From sequence record ON528734: a stretch of 64,000 nt of DNA. One strand, given 5' to 3'. A program made the translations under genes and the position numbers. The notes beneath the pieces were generated by a model. That model had not been told where the DNA came from. It was given only the letters and a program-made list of their open reading frames with translations, and ran no database searches. Origin of the DNA: Shigella phage ESh24. This document shows positions 1 through 10,708 of the stretch, in pieces (position 1 is the stretch's first letter; every line of letters begins with the position of its first letter).

Positions 1-77
1 GTAAAAGGTATTTTCGTAAGATCGTTAAGCTAGAAAAACAGTTTGTAACATGTGATTACACAGAAGTTTTAAAATAA
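1..77 (+). CDS. C-terminal end of an early ORF truncated by the window edge
   Basis: Frame starting at nt 3 is open (..KRYFRKIVKLEKQFVTCDYTEVLK*) to TAA 75-77, just before an early promoter; no start in window. Confidence 0.3.
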   Translation, partial: KRYFRKIVKLEKQFVTCDYTEVLK

Positions 78-80
78 CTA

Positions 81-109
81 TTTACTTTTGTTGGAAATTG
101 AGATACTAT
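81..109 (+). promoter_or_regulatory. T4-type early promoter
   Basis: -35 TTTACT 81-86, 17-nt spacer, -10 TACTAT 104-109; precedes sp. Confidence 0.6.
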
Positions 110-137
110 ATAAACATAAACTACTGAGGAGATTATC

Positions 138-431
138 ATGAAAAAATTTATCTTTGCCACAATTTTTGCTTTAGCTTCTTGTGCTGCTCAGCCTGCTATG
201 GCAGGTTATGATAAAGATTTGTGCGAATGGTCTATGACTGCTGATCAGACTGAGGTTGAAACTCAAATTGAAGCAGATATTATGAATATCGTTGAGCGCG
301 ATCGCCCTGAAATGAAAGCTGAAGTGCAAAAACAGCTTAAGTCTGGTGGTGTAATGCAGTATAATTATGTTCTGTATTGCGATAAAAACTTTAATAATAA
401 AAATATCATCGCTGAAGTGGTAGGTGAGTAA
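138..431 (+). CDS. sp: Spackle (Sp), periplasmic lysozyme inhibitor / superinfection exclusion
   Basis: 97 aa; signal peptide MKKFIFATIFALASCAAQPAMA; SD GAGGAG; sequence, length and position upstream of primase match T4 Sp as I recall it. Confidence 0.8.
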   Translation: MKKFIFATIFALASCAAQPAMAGYDKDLCEWSMTADQTEVETQIEADIMNIVERDRPEMKAEVQKQLKSGGVMQYNYVLYCDKNFNNKNIIAEVVGE

Positions 432-444
432 TTAGAGGTTAAGT

Positions 445-801
445 ATGTATAGTTCTGAATTTTCATATTTAAAAATGGAAAAAATTTCATACGATTTTAT
501 AGATGAAAAGGTTTATTATAGTTTCCATGAACCACGTTTTAATAGTGAGGTTGGGTTTATTGTAGTAAAAGACAATTTTATTTTAAAAATATATTCAGCA
601 TTAAAGGATTTTCATTACGAAAATATTAACCTAAAATTTAATAAAGAAAACGTTCGTAATTGCGCAGTAACAATTACAGGAAATAAAGGTACATGTGTTA
701 TGCTATCTGATGAAATTAATGATTTGCTAAATGATGCAGAAAATATTACTGCGCCATCTATTGATGACCAAATTTTTAATGCTTTTATGAATAGAGGTTA
801 A
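445..801 (+). CDS. hypothetical early protein (position of T4 61.2)
   Basis: 118-aa ORF with ATG, 13 nt after sp stop; AT-rich, ATA/AGA codons. Confidence 0.6.
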   Translation: MYSSEFSYLKMEKISYDFIDEKVYYSFHEPRFNSEVGFIVVKDNFILKIYSALKDFHYENINLKFNKENVRNCAVTITGNKGTCVMLSDEINDLLNDAENITAPSIDDQIFNAFMNRG

Positions 802-802
802 T

Positions 803-967
803 ATGAAAACATATAAAGAATTTATCAAAGAAGATATGGTCGCTGGAGATTCAGGTGGTAATCCTGAAAATATCTCTACTGGAACAACATCAGGTGCTGT
901 AGTAAATAAAGGTCCTGAACAGATTCCTAAAAAGAAAAAAGAGGAATCTAAAGAAAAAGAAGAGTAA
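803..967 (+). CDS. hypothetical small Lys/Glu-rich protein (position of T4 61.1)
   Basis: 54 aa, below ORF-track cutoff: MKTYKEFIKEDMVAGDSGGN..KKKKEESKEKEE*; ATG 2 nt after previous stop, ends 3 nt before gene 61. Confidence 0.5.
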   Translation: MKTYKEFIKEDMVAGDSGGNPENISTGTTSGAVVNKGPEQIPKKKKEESKEKEE

Positions 968-969
968 AA

Positions 970-1998
970 ATGTCATCAATACCTTGGATTGATAATGAGT
1001 TTGCATACCGTGCATTAGCTCATTTACCTAAATTCACACAAGTAAATAATAGTTCAACTTTTAAATTGCGGTTTAGATGCCCAGTGTGTGGAGATTCAAA
1101 AACCGACCAGAATAAAGCTCGTGGATGGTATTATGGTGATAATAATGAAGGAAACATTCATTGTTATAACTGTAACTATCATGCACCAATCGGAATATAT
1201 TTAAAGGAGTTTGAACCTGATTTATATCGTGAGTATATCTTTGAAATAAGAAAAGAAAAAGGTAAAAGTCGTCCAGTAGAAAAACCTAAAGAACTTCCTA
1301 AACAACCTGAGAAGAAAATAATTAAATCTCTTCCGTCATGTGTTCGATTAGATAAACTGGCGGAAGACCATCCAATTATAAAATATGTAAAAGCTCGTTG
1401 TATTCCAAAGGATAAATGGAAATATCTTTGGTTTACAACCGAATGGCCTAAATTAGTTAATAGCATAGCACCGGGAACATATAAAAAGGAAATTTCTGAG
1501 CCTCGTCTTGTTATTCCAATTTATAATGCTAATGGAAAAGCTGAGTCTTTTCAAGGACGTGCATTAAAGAAAGATGCTCCTCAAAAATATATCACCATCA
1601 AAGCTTATCCTGAGGCAACAAAAATCTATGGAGTCGAACGAGTTAAAGATGGTGATGTATATGTTCTAGAAGGACCTATAGATTCGCTTTTTATTGAAAA
1701 TGGTATAGCTATTACGGGTGGTCAATTAGACCTAGAAATTGTTCCATTTAAAGATAGACGTGTGTGGGTTTTAGATAATGAACCTCGTCATCCTGACACT
1801 ATTAAGCGAATGACTAAATTAGTTGATGCAGGAGAAAGGGTTATGTTTTGGGATAAATCTCCCTGGAAATCAAAAGATGTTAATGATATGATTAGAAAGG
1901 AAGGTGCAACCCCTGAACAAATTATGGAATATATGAAAAATAATATTGCCCAGGGGTTAATGGCTAAAATGCGGTTATCTAAATATGCTAAGATTTAA
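970..1998 (+). CDS. 61: DNA primase gp61
   Basis: 342 aa; Zn ribbon CPVCGDS..HCYNCNYH, TOPRIM-like VLEGPIDSLF and DNEPRH; matches T4 gp61. Confidence 0.95.
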   Translation: MSSIPWIDNEFAYRALAHLPKFTQVNNSSTFKLRFRCPVCGDSKTDQNKARGWYYGDNNEGNIHCYNCNYHAPIGIYLKEFEPDLYREYIFEIRKEKGKSRPVEKPKELPKQPEKKIIKSLPSCVRLDKLAEDHPIIKYVKARCIPKDKWKYLWFTTEWPKLVNSIAPGTYKKEISEPRLVIPIYNANGKAESFQGRALKKDAPQKYITIKAYPEATKIYGVERVKDGDVYVLEGPIDSLFIENGIAITGGQLDLEIVPFKDRRVWVLDNEPRHPDTIKRMTKLVDAGERVMFWDKSPWKSKDVNDMIRKEGATPEQIMEYMKNNIAQGLMAKMRLSKYAKI

Positions 1999-2195
1999 AT
2001 TAACCCAACTAAAGCAAATGCTAAATCTACGAATGTATCAAGAGTAACTACTGGAATACTAACGCCATGAGCAATAGCAACTGGCGATAAAACAAAATTC
2101 CAAAGTAAAATTCCTATCATAGCAGAAATAGTAAAAGCTATACGTTTCTTATTACCTTTTATGGCATTAACAAGTGCCATTAATTTTTGTACCAT
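1995..2195 (-). CDS. small two-TM membrane protein on the strand opposite to all flanking early genes
   Basis: 66 aa; strong SD AAGGAGG 4-5 nt before the ATG on the minus strand; two hydrophobic segments; its stop overlaps the gene 61 stop (TTTAAA). Confidence 0.6.
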   Translation of the reverse strand: MVQKLMALVNAIKGNKKRIAFTISAMIGILLWNFVLSPVAIAHGVSIPVVTLDTFVDLAFALVGLI

Positions 2196-2231
2196 ATGTC
2201 CTCCTTTAAATTAATATTTATCATAAATTTG

Positions 2232-2260
2232 TTTACTTTCTCAGCTTGTTATGGTATTAT
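2232..2260 (+). promoter_or_regulatory. T4-type early promoter
   Basis: -35 TTTACT 2232-2237, 17-nt spacer, -10 TATTAT 2255-2260; serves ORF 2286 and dam. Confidence 0.6.
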
Positions 2261-2285
2261 AAAATAAATTGCTGAGGATGATATA

Positions 2286-3625
<1,340 letters not shown>

Positions 3626-3626
3626 T

Positions 3627-3651
3627 TGCTTACATATTCAAATGATATAAT
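3627..3651 (+). promoter_or_regulatory. MotA-dependent middle promoter
   Basis: MotA box aatTGCTTAc 3627-3632, 13 nt, -10 TATAAT 3646-3651; upstream of gene 56. Confidence 0.55.
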
Positions 3652-3685
3652 TATTTAACTTATTAATGAATTGAAAGGAAAAATA

Positions 3686-4204
3686 ATGGCTCACTTTAAT
3701 GAATGTTCACAACTGATCGAAGGCGCTGATAAAGCTCAAAATGAATATTGGGATATTCTCGGTGATGAAAAAGACCCGCTGCAGGTTATGCTTGACATGC
3801 AGAAATCTTTGCAGGTTCGTTTAGCTAAAGATAAACCTGAATATAACCGTCATCCTGATGATTTGGCTACTGCAGGTGAAGTTGTTGATTGGCTGCGTAA
3901 TCAGAAAGATTATATTGACGATGAATTCCGTGAACTTCTGACTTCTCTTGGTGGTATGAGTAATGGTGAAAAAGACGCATCTGCTGTATGGAAACCTTGG
4001 AAGTCGCAGCATGGTGAACGTCGTGAAACTCTGATTACTGATTTGTCTCCACAGGACCAGTTAGAAATCAAATTCGAAATGATTGATATTCTCCATTTTG
4101 TTCTGAACATGTTTCAAGGTCTTGGTCTTACAGCAGAAGAAATCTTTAAACTTTATTATCTGAAAAATGCTGAAAATTTCGCTCGTCAAGACCGAGGTTA
4201 TTAA
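3686..4204 (+). CDS. 56: dCTPase/dUTPase gp56 (MazG-like)
   Basis: 172 aa from ATG 3686 (track TTG 3671 rejected); MAHFNEC..FARQDRGY matches T4 gp56. Confidence 0.9.
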   Translation: MAHFNECSQLIEGADKAQNEYWDILGDEKDPLQVMLDMQKSLQVRLAKDKPEYNRHPDDLATAGEVVDWLRNQKDYIDDEFRELLTSLGGMSNGEKDASAVWKPWKSQHGERRETLITDLSPQDQLEIKFEMIDILHFVLNMFQGLGLTAEEIFKLYYLKNAENFARQDRGY

Positions 4205-4234
4205 CAGCTCGTCTTAAAAGCCGCGAGAATTTAT

Positions 4235-4242
4235 TATAAATA
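4235..4242 (+). promoter_or_regulatory. late promoter
   Basis: Exact TATAAATA 31 nt upstream of soc. Confidence 0.7.
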
Positions 4243-4272
4243 ATCATGTAATTTAAATAAAAGGAGAATTAC

Positions 4273-4518
4273 ATGGCTAGTACTCGCGGTTATGTTAATA
4301 TCAAAACATTTGAGCAGAAATTAGATGGAAATAAGAAAATTGAAGGAAAGGAAATTTCAGTAGCTTTCCCTCTTTATTCTGACGTTCACAAAATTTCTGG
4401 TGCTCATTACCAGACGTTCCCTTCAGAAAAAGCAGCATATACTACTGTATATGAAGAAAATCAGCGTACTGAATGGATTGCTGCAAACGAAGATTTGTGG
4501 AAAGTAACTGGTGGTTAA
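4273..4518 (+). CDS. soc: small outer capsid protein Soc
   Basis: 81 aa MASTRGYVNIKTFEQKLDGNKKIEG..; matches T4 Soc; late promoter upstream. Confidence 0.9.
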   Translation: MASTRGYVNIKTFEQKLDGNKKIEGKEISVAFPLYSDVHKISGAHYQTFPSEKAAYTTVYEENQRTEWIAANEDLWKVTGG

Positions 4519-4525
4519 TAATTCA

Positions 4526-4549
4526 AGGACTCCTTCGGGAGTCCTTTTT
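4526..4549 (+). terminator. UUCG-tetraloop hairpin plus T-run
   Basis: aggactcc-ttcg-ggagtcct then tttt; identical copy at 58465-58488. Confidence 0.7.
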
Positions 4550-4560
4550 CATTTAAACGG

Positions 4561-4589
4561 TTTACTTTCCAAAATGAGTATGGTATAAT
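4561..4589 (+). promoter_or_regulatory. T4-type early promoter
   Basis: -35 TTTACT 4561-4566, 17 nt, -10 TATAAT 4584-4589. Confidence 0.65.
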
Positions 4590-4615
4590 AAAATTATCTT
4601 ATAGAGGAGAGCACT

Positions 4616-4828
4616 ATGTTAAATCGTTGGATTAAACCAAATGAAGACCTCCAGAAGGTTCTTGATAAAGCTATCTCTGATAAATGGGGTATGAAAAGCT
4701 GGGATTGCGATGTCGTTACGCATTCATTCATGATGCATGCAGATGGTTCAGTCGAGTTCAATGCTGAAATGCGATACACTGACTGGGGTGGATTTCAAAG
4801 AGTCGAATTTCAAAGAGGCTTTTTGTAA
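4616..4828 (+). CDS. hypothetical early protein
   Basis: 70 aa; SD GAGGAG 6 nt upstream of ATG; first ORF after the promoter. Confidence 0.6.
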   Translation: MLNRWIKPNEDLQKVLDKAISDKWGMKSWDCDVVTHSFMMHADGSVEFNAEMRYTDWGGFQRVEFQRGFL

Positions 4829-5166
4829 TGTTTATCTTTAATTGGTTTAAAAGTTTCTTTACGGATTTTTTCTCTACGACTCCTGGGGAAGGTGTAGTTC
4901 CTATTTCAAATGACTACCTTCCTTTAACTGTAGTTGAGTATGTTTATATGGGAGATGGAACAGTAGAAGAAGTTACTATGACTTATGAAGAAGCCCAAGA
5001 ATATTATAAAAATCCTTGGCGCTGGTCAGTACCTACATCATCTAACACACAGAATACACAGTCTAGTTCTGATTCATATGATACTAATGTTCCTGTTCAT
5101 GTATGGGCGGGTGATTCATGCGGAAGTTCTTGTGATTCTGGCTGTTCATCTACATCTTGTGATTGA
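4828..5166 (+). CDS. hypothetical protein with hydrophobic N-terminus and Cys/Ser-rich C-terminal tail
   Basis: 112 aa; TAATG coupling to previous ORF; tail [20 protein letters not shown]. Confidence 0.6.
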   Translation: MFIFNWFKSFFTDFFSTTPGEGVVPISNDYLPLTVVEYVYMGDGTVEEVTMTYEEAQEYYKNPWRWSVPTSSNTQNTQSSSDSYDTNVPVHVWAGDSCGSSCDSGCSSTSCD

Positions 5167-5174
5167 GGAAAATT

Positions 5175-5660
5175 ATGGAAGCGATTTTGTTTGAAATGTA
5201 TATTAGCAGTAATAGCATGTCGTTTGCTAAAGATGTTCCAATTACTGTAGCCGTAATGATTGATAAGGGTTATTGTGACCCAATGTATCTCGTAGAAAAT
5301 TTCGTTTCAATGCCAGTTCCAGAAGATGCTGAAATAAAACTTAAAAAGATCGGAATTATTGAAACTGTGCCAAATATTCCGTTTAGAGCAATTGAAGCAT
5401 TTACTAAATCCGAATACATTAATGTTAACACAGAAAAATATAATGATAAACCTTTATCTTTCTATTCATATGATTCAGTATATAGTTGGAAAATAGATAA
5501 AGGAAATAAATTTATAATTGTGAGTGAAGACGCTTTATCATACTTTATTTCTTCTGTATGGAATATTTTAAATCCAAATTTGCTAAAAATTCATGAATTT
5601 GACGGTGTCCATACTATTGTTTTAGGTAAAATAAATGAAAGCTCTCAAGAAGATTCTTGA
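5175..5660 (+). CDS. mrh: Mrh-like protein (modulator of host rpoH phenotype)
   Basis: 161 aa from ATG 5175 with SD GAGGA (track TTG 5163 rejected); length and position downstream of soc fit T4 mrh. Confidence 0.5.
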   Translation: MEAILFEMYISSNSMSFAKDVPITVAVMIDKGYCDPMYLVENFVSMPVPEDAEIKLKKIGIIETVPNIPFRAIEAFTKSEYINVNTEKYNDKPLSFYSYDSVYSWKIDKGNKFIIVSEDALSYFISSVWNILNPNLLKIHEFDGVHTIVLGKINESSQEDS

Positions 5661-5838
5661 ATGGTTCAATAGACCAAACTCAATGTATATTGATGATGGT
5701 TGGGTTGAACAGGCAAATAAAGAAATGCAGAATGAATCGGAAGAATGGATGAAATCAATGATTAGTGCTGAGAAAGAAAAGAAATTAGAGCGCTCAGCGC
5801 TTAAATTGATGAGAGACATCTATGGGGATAAATCGTGA
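5635..5838 (+). CDS. hypothetical early protein
   Basis: 67 aa, ATG overlaps end of previous ORF by 26 nt. Confidence 0.5.
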
Positions 5839-5846
5839 ACAAAGAT

Positions 5847-5999
5847 ATGACGTTAGAAGAGGCTAAAGCAAAAGCAAATGAAGCAATGGATTTGCTTCTT
5901 AAAATCGGCAGTAAAATGATGGAAGAAAATGAGAAATATATCCAGGAAAACAAAATTCCCGATGGTCCATTAGTAGGCAAAAGGAAATCACATGATTGA
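5847..5999 (+). CDS. hypothetical small protein
   Basis: 50 aa [21 protein letters not shown].. (GTG 5835 alternative); stop overlaps next ATG 5992; below track cutoff. Confidence 0.4.
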
Positions 6000-6462
6000 A
6001 GTAGCAAAATTATATTCAATAGAATTTATGTCTAAAGAAGGTAAATCAGTAAATACACTTGATAAAAAATGCTCATTAATTATTCCTTTAGCAGAAAATC
6101 CGGATATTTTAATTAAAGATATAAAAGAAAGAAAATATCCAGAAAATGTTATTCTAATTATAAAGCATACTGAAGATATTTTGCAAAATACAGATTCACC
6201 ATTTTCTTCTTCTGAAGCTTTAACTATTAAAGGCTATAAAAGAGCTCATGAATATGGTCTTTTTGACATGTTTGAAGACGATAAAGTTAAATTAGCGAGT
6301 CAACCTTCTAAAAGTAAAACATTCATTATTGAAGATATTAAAGATATAAATGCATTTGTTAGGATGGTCTGGGCTCATTTTGATGTTGGACTACGCTGGA
6401 GAATGTCCGAAGAAGAAAGAAAGATTGTTGAAGCTAATCGTCAATTTGGTTTTTATCGCTAG
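5992..6462 (+). CDS. hypothetical early protein
   Basis: 156-aa ORF in the soc-modB early cluster. Confidence 0.6.
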
Positions 6463-6470
6463 GAATTAAT

Positions 6471-6653
6471 ATGGATTTATTTGAGATGTTAGAAGATAAT
6501 CATTCTACGAATAACCAGAATGATTCTAGTGATTATAAGAAAGAGTACCGTATAGTATTACAGAATTATGGAATTGAAGCCCCAGATGCTCTTCTAGAAG
6601 AACTAGCTTCATACCATCTTGACCCTCCGCCTTGGGCTCCCTGGGCAAAATAA
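6471..6653 (+). CDS. hypothetical small acidic protein
   Basis: 60 aa, ATG 8 nt after previous stop with SD AGGA. Confidence 0.5.
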   Translation: MDLFEMLEDNHSTNNQNDSSDYKKEYRIVLQNYGIEAPDALLEELASYHLDPPPWAPWAK

Positions 6654-6665
6654 TTCAAAAAGTTG

Positions 6666-6694
6666 TTTACTTTCCTTTCTAACGATGATATGAT
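6666..6694 (+). promoter_or_regulatory. T4-type early promoter
   Basis: -35 TTTACT 6666-6671, 17 nt, -10 TATGAT 6689-6694. Confidence 0.55.
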
Positions 6695-6720
6695 AGCTTC
6701 TGAAGTATACGGAGGCTATC

Positions 6721-7344
6721 ATGATTATTAATCCTGCAGATGTTGAACAGTTATCTATAAAAGCTGAAAGCGTTGATTTTCAATATGATATGTATAAAAA
6801 AGTCTGTGAAAAATTTACTGACTTTGAGCAGTCTGTTCTTTGGCAATGTATGGAAGCCAAAAAGAATGAAGCTCTTCACAGACAGTTGAATAAAATCATT
6901 AAAAAGCATTTAACTAAATCGCCATATCAGTTATATCGTGGTATATCAAAATCGACAAAAGAGCTCATTAAAGATTTACAAGTTGGAGAAGTGTTTTCAA
7001 CGAACAGAGTAGATTCATTTACTACTAGTTTGCACACAGCATGCGGTTTTTCTTATGTTGAGTATTTCACTGAAATAATATTTCGCTTAAAAACTGATAA
7101 AGCTTTTAATTACTCTGACCATATCAGCGATATTATACTTTCTTCTCCTAATACTGAGTTTAAGTACACGTATGAAGATACTGATGGGTTAGATTCAGAA
7201 AGAACTGATAACTTAATGATGATTGTGCGTGAACAAGAATGGATGATTCCAATTGGAAAGTATAAAATAACTTCTATTTCAAAAGAAAAATTACACGATT
7301 CATTTGGAACATTTAAAGTGTATGATATTGAGGTAGTTGAATGA
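6721..7344 (+). CDS. modB: ADP-ribosyltransferase ModB
   Basis: 207 aa; R-S-E ART motifs (LYRGIS, FSTNR, EQEWMIP); tandem with modA. Confidence 0.85.
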   Translation: MIINPADVEQLSIKAESVDFQYDMYKKVCEKFTDFEQSVLWQCMEAKKNEALHRQLNKIIKKHLTKSPYQLYRGISKSTKELIKDLQVGEVFSTNRVDSFTTSLHTACGFSYVEYFTEIIFRLKTDKAFNYSDHISDIILSSPNTEFKYTYEDTDGLDSERTDNLMMIVREQEWMIPIGKYKITSISKEKLHDSFGTFKVYDIEVVE

Positions 7345-7943
7345 AATACTCAGTAATGCAATTAAAAGATTTTAAAATAAAATCAATGGATGCATCGGTG
7401 CGTGCTTCTATTCGTGAAGAATTACTTTCTGAAGGGTTTAATTTATCTGAAATTGAACTTTTAATTCATTGTATTACCAACAAACCAGATGACCATACTT
7501 GGTTAAATGAAATAATTAAATCTCGTTTGGTTCCAAACGATAAACCTCTTTGGAGAGGTGTTCCAGCTGAGACTAAGCAGGTGTTAAATCAAGGAATTGA
7601 TATTATTACATTTGATAAAGTCGTATCAGCTTCATATGATAAAAATATAGCTCTACATTTTGCTTCCGGTTTAGAGTATAACACACAGGTTATTTTTGAA
7701 TTCAAAGCTCCTATGGTATTCAATTTCCAGGAGTATGCTATAAAAGCTCTACGCTGTAAAGAATACAATCCAAACTTTAAGTTTCCGGATAGCCATCGTT
7801 ATCGTAATATGGAATTAGTTTCAGATGAACAAGAAGTAATGATACCAGCTGGAAGTGTATTTAGAATTGCAGATAGATATGAGTATAAAAAGTATTCAAC
7901 ATACACTATCTATACTCTTGATTTTGAAGGATTTAATCTATAA
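7341..7943 (+). CDS. modA: ADP-ribosyltransferase ModA (RNAP alpha)
   Basis: 200 aa; LWRGVP, VSASYD, EQEVMIPA; ATGA overlap with modB. Confidence 0.85.
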   Translation: MKYSVMQLKDFKIKSMDASVRASIREELLSEGFNLSEIELLIHCITNKPDDHTWLNEIIKSRLVPNDKPLWRGVPAETKQVLNQGIDIITFDKVVSASYDKNIALHFASGLEYNTQVIFEFKAPMVFNFQEYAIKALRCKEYNPNFKFPDSHRYRNMELVSDEQEVMIPAGSVFRIADRYEYKKYSTYTIYTLDFEGFNL

Positions 7944-8000
7944 TGGAAGGACTTAGATTCATTATACCACGAAAGTTTTAAAGCATTTTACATAAAGTTG

Positions 8001-8029
8001 TTTACAAGTTAAAGTAAAAATGTTATAGT
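8001..8029 (+). promoter_or_regulatory. T4-type early promoter
   Basis: -35 TTTACA 8001-8006, 17 nt, -10 TATAGT 8024-8029. Confidence 0.6.
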
Positions 8030-8065
8030 ATAGTAGTCAAACCGTCCGTAAGATGTGAGAAAAAT

Positions 8066-8812
8066 ATGAAACTGTCTAATAATCAAATTCGTAAAATTAA
8101 ACGTCGTTTAGAGCATACTCAGGCATCTGCTAAAAGACGTTCTAAAGATTTTAACTTAGACTTCAATTACATTAAGAACATTTTAGACCAAAAAGTTTGC
8201 GCTTACTCGGGAGAACCTTTTGATAATCGTATTGAAGGAGAGAAATTATCATTAGAACGTTTTGATAATAACATTGGATACATTAAAGGGAATGTTATTG
8301 CAGTAAAGAAAAAGTATAATACATTTCGTTCTGATTATACTTTAGAAGAGTTGATTGAAAAACGGGATTTATTTGCTTTGCGAATTGGTCGTTCATCTGC
8401 GAAAAAAGTTCATAAACTAAATTTAGATGAAAAGAAATGGGCTAAAATCAAAAAGACTTATAATCAAATTAAAGCTATACAGAAAAAACGTGAAAACCGA
8501 ATTGAACACATTTCTCAGCTTTCTAAATCAAAACAAACCGCTGATATTAAATTAACTATTGTAGCACTTAAAGCTCGTATTGATGGTTCTCGTATAGCAG
8601 AAGGCGCTGAAGTTGTTAAATTGAACGTTCTTCTTAAAGGCTCGGATTGGAAAATTGTGAAAAAGTTGTCAGAAGCAGAAATGCAATATGACATGTGTGA
8701 TAAAATTATTCAAGGTGTAGAGCGGTATCAAAACTTGTCTTTTATTGATAAACTTAAACTGAAAAGAGGATACCCGCTAAATTGTTCAATTTTTAAACTT
8801 ATCCGAGGATAA
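8066..8812 (+). CDS. srd: Srd
   Basis: 248 aa, basic; position between modA and dda.1/dda and N-terminal sequence fit T4 Srd. Confidence 0.75.
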   Translation: MKLSNNQIRKIKRRLEHTQASAKRRSKDFNLDFNYIKNILDQKVCAYSGEPFDNRIEGEKLSLERFDNNIGYIKGNVIAVKKKYNTFRSDYTLEELIEKRDLFALRIGRSSAKKVHKLNLDEKKWAKIKKTYNQIKAIQKKRENRIEHISQLSKSKQTADIKLTIVALKARIDGSRIAEGAEVVKLNVLLKGSDWKIVKKLSEAEMQYDMCDKIIQGVERYQNLSFIDKLKLKRGYPLNCSIFKLIRG

Positions 8813-8813
8813 T

Positions 8814-9125
8814 ATGGTTTATGTATATGCGATAGTGTATAGAGATAAGGATGGATTTACGGCACCAGTTCCACTTGATGAACATCGTCCTGCTGTATTT
8901 TTTGAATGGAATATTGCTGATAAAGTATTTACCACTCTTAAAGAGCAGTATCAACTAGCTTTAGGTAAGGGAATTCCAAGATTAGTTGAGACTCCACGTA
9001 AATTTTGGTTTAATAAAATAGAAGTTAAACATGTTAAGCCTGATGTAGACACACAAAGATTATATCAGCGAATTTTAGATACTGGGCGTATTGTTAGTAT
9101 TCCAATTGCAGGGACTTTCCGATGA
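8814..9125 (+). CDS. hypothetical protein (position of T4 dda.1)
   Basis: 103 aa; ATG 2 nt after srd stop; overlaps dda start. Confidence 0.6.
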   Translation: MVYVYAIVYRDKDGFTAPVPLDEHRPAVFFEWNIADKVFTTLKEQYQLALGKGIPRLVETPRKFWFNKIEVKHVKPDVDTQRLYQRILDTGRIVSIPIAGTFR

Positions 9126-10441
9126 CATTTGATGATTTGACCGAAGGCCAGAAAAATGCCTTTAACATTGTTATGAGGGCTATTAAAGAAAAGAAACATC
9201 ATGTAACTATTAATGGACCTGCTGGTACTGGTAAGACTACTCTTACTAAGTTCATCATTGAAGCTTTAATATCTACGGGTGAAACTGGTATTATTTTAGC
9301 AGCTCCTACTCATGCAGCTAAAAAGATTCTTTCAAAACTGTCGGGGAAAGAAGCGAGTACTATTCACAGTATTCTTAAAATTAACCCAGTAACATATGAA
9401 GAAAATGTTCTTTTTGAACAGAAGGAAGTGCCAGATTTAGCTAAATGTAGGGTATTAATCTGCGACGAAGTGTCAATGTATGATAGAAAGCTATTTAAAA
9501 TTCTGCTTTCAACTATCCCGCCGTGGTGTACTATAATTGGAATAGGTGATAATAAGCAAATTAGACCTGTTGACCCAGGAGAAAACACTGCTTATATCAG
9601 TCCATTCTTTACACACAAAGATTTTTATCAGTGTGAACTTACTGAAGTTAAACGCAGTAATGCTCCTATTATTGATGTAGCTACTGATGTTCGCAACGGT
9701 AAGTGGATTTATGATAAAGTTGTTGACGGTCATGGAGTACGTGGATTTACTGGTGATACCGCTTTACGTGATTTTATGGTAAATTATTTTTCAATCGTCA
9801 AATCACTAGATGATTTGTTTGAAAATCGCGTAATGGCATTTACGAATAAATCTGTTGATAAGTTAAATAGCATTATTCGTAAAAAGATTTTTGAAACTGA
9901 TAAAGATTTTATTGTCGGTGAAATTATTGTAATGCAGGAACCATTAATTAAAACATATAAAATTGATGGAAAGCCTGTATCAGAAATTATTTTTAATAAC
10001 GGACAATTAGTTCGTATTATAGAAGCAGAGTATACATCAACATTTGTTAAAGCTCGTGGTGTTCCTGGAGAATATCTAATTCGTCATTGGGATTTAACAG
10101 TAGAAACTTACGGCGATGATGAATATTATCGTGAAAAGATTAAAATAATTTCATCTGATGAAGAGCTGTATAAGTTTAACTTATTTTTAGGTAAAACAGC
10201 AGAAACTTATAAGAACTGGAATAAAGGCGGAAAAGCTCCGTGGAGTGATTTTTGGGATGCTAAATCACAGTTCAGTAAAGTGAAAGCACTTCCTGCATCA
10301 ACATTCCATAAAGCGCAGGGCATGTCTGTAGACCGTGCTTTCATTTATACGCCTTGTATTCATTATGCAGATGCTGAATTGGCTCAACAACTTCTTTATG
10401 TTGGTGTTACCCGTGGTCGTTATGATGTGTTTTATGTATGA
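9122..10441 (+). CDS. dda: Dda SF1B DNA helicase
   Basis: 439 aa; Walker A GPAGTGKT, DEVSM Walker B; matches T4 Dda. Confidence 0.95.
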   Translation: MTFDDLTEGQKNAFNIVMRAIKEKKHHVTINGPAGTGKTTLTKFIIEALISTGETGIILAAPTHAAKKILSKLSGKEASTIHSILKINPVTYEENVLFEQKEVPDLAKCRVLICDEVSMYDRKLFKILLSTIPPWCTIIGIGDNKQIRPVDPGENTAYISPFFTHKDFYQCELTEVKRSNAPIIDVATDVRNGKWIYDKVVDGHGVRGFTGDTALRDFMVNYFSIVKSLDDLFENRVMAFTNKSVDKLNSIIRKKIFETDKDFIVGEIIVMQEPLIKTYKIDGKPVSEIIFNNGQLVRIIEAEYTSTFVKARGVPGEYLIRHWDLTVETYGDDEYYREKIKIISSDEELYKFNLFLGKTAETYKNWNKGGKAPWSDFWDAKSQFSKVKALPASTFHKAQGMSVDRAFIYTPCIHYADAELAQQLLYVGVTRGRYDVFYV

Positions 10442-10462
10442 TTAAATTTGAGGAAGCTATTC

Positions 10463-10708
10463 GTGGAAATAACTAAAGACCAGTTTTATCTACTTCAAGA
10501 TAAAGTGAGCGAAATATATGAAATAGCTTATAGTAAAAATTATAGAAATGTAAAAATTGAATCAGGCAAGTTAATGCTTCAATTGGAAGAAATTGAACGA
10601 GATTTGATTGCGTTAGAATTCTTTTGTGGTGAAGTGAAAACTGTTACAATCAGTGATTACATTTTAGGTGAAATTAGCCATCTTTATAAGGTGATTATTA
10701 ATGTTTGA
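10463..10708 (+). CDS. hypothetical protein (position of T4 dexA.2), start uncertain
   Basis: Open frame from TTG 10448; GTG 10463 has SD GAGGAA 7 nt upstream; no ATG until aa 42. Confidence 0.45.
   Translation: MEITKDQFYLLQDKVSEIYEIAYSKNYRNVKIESGKLMLQLEEIERDLIALEFFCGEVKTVTISDYILGEISHLYKVIINV

Noticed and set aside
10438-10476. A 12-codon ORF (MIKFEEAIRGNN*) coupled to the dda stop by ATGA, upstream of and out of frame with ORF 10448/10463
   Set aside because: It could mark yet another frameshifted gene start. However, the downstream ORF has its own GTG with SD GAGGAA, so there is no clear evidence for disruption.
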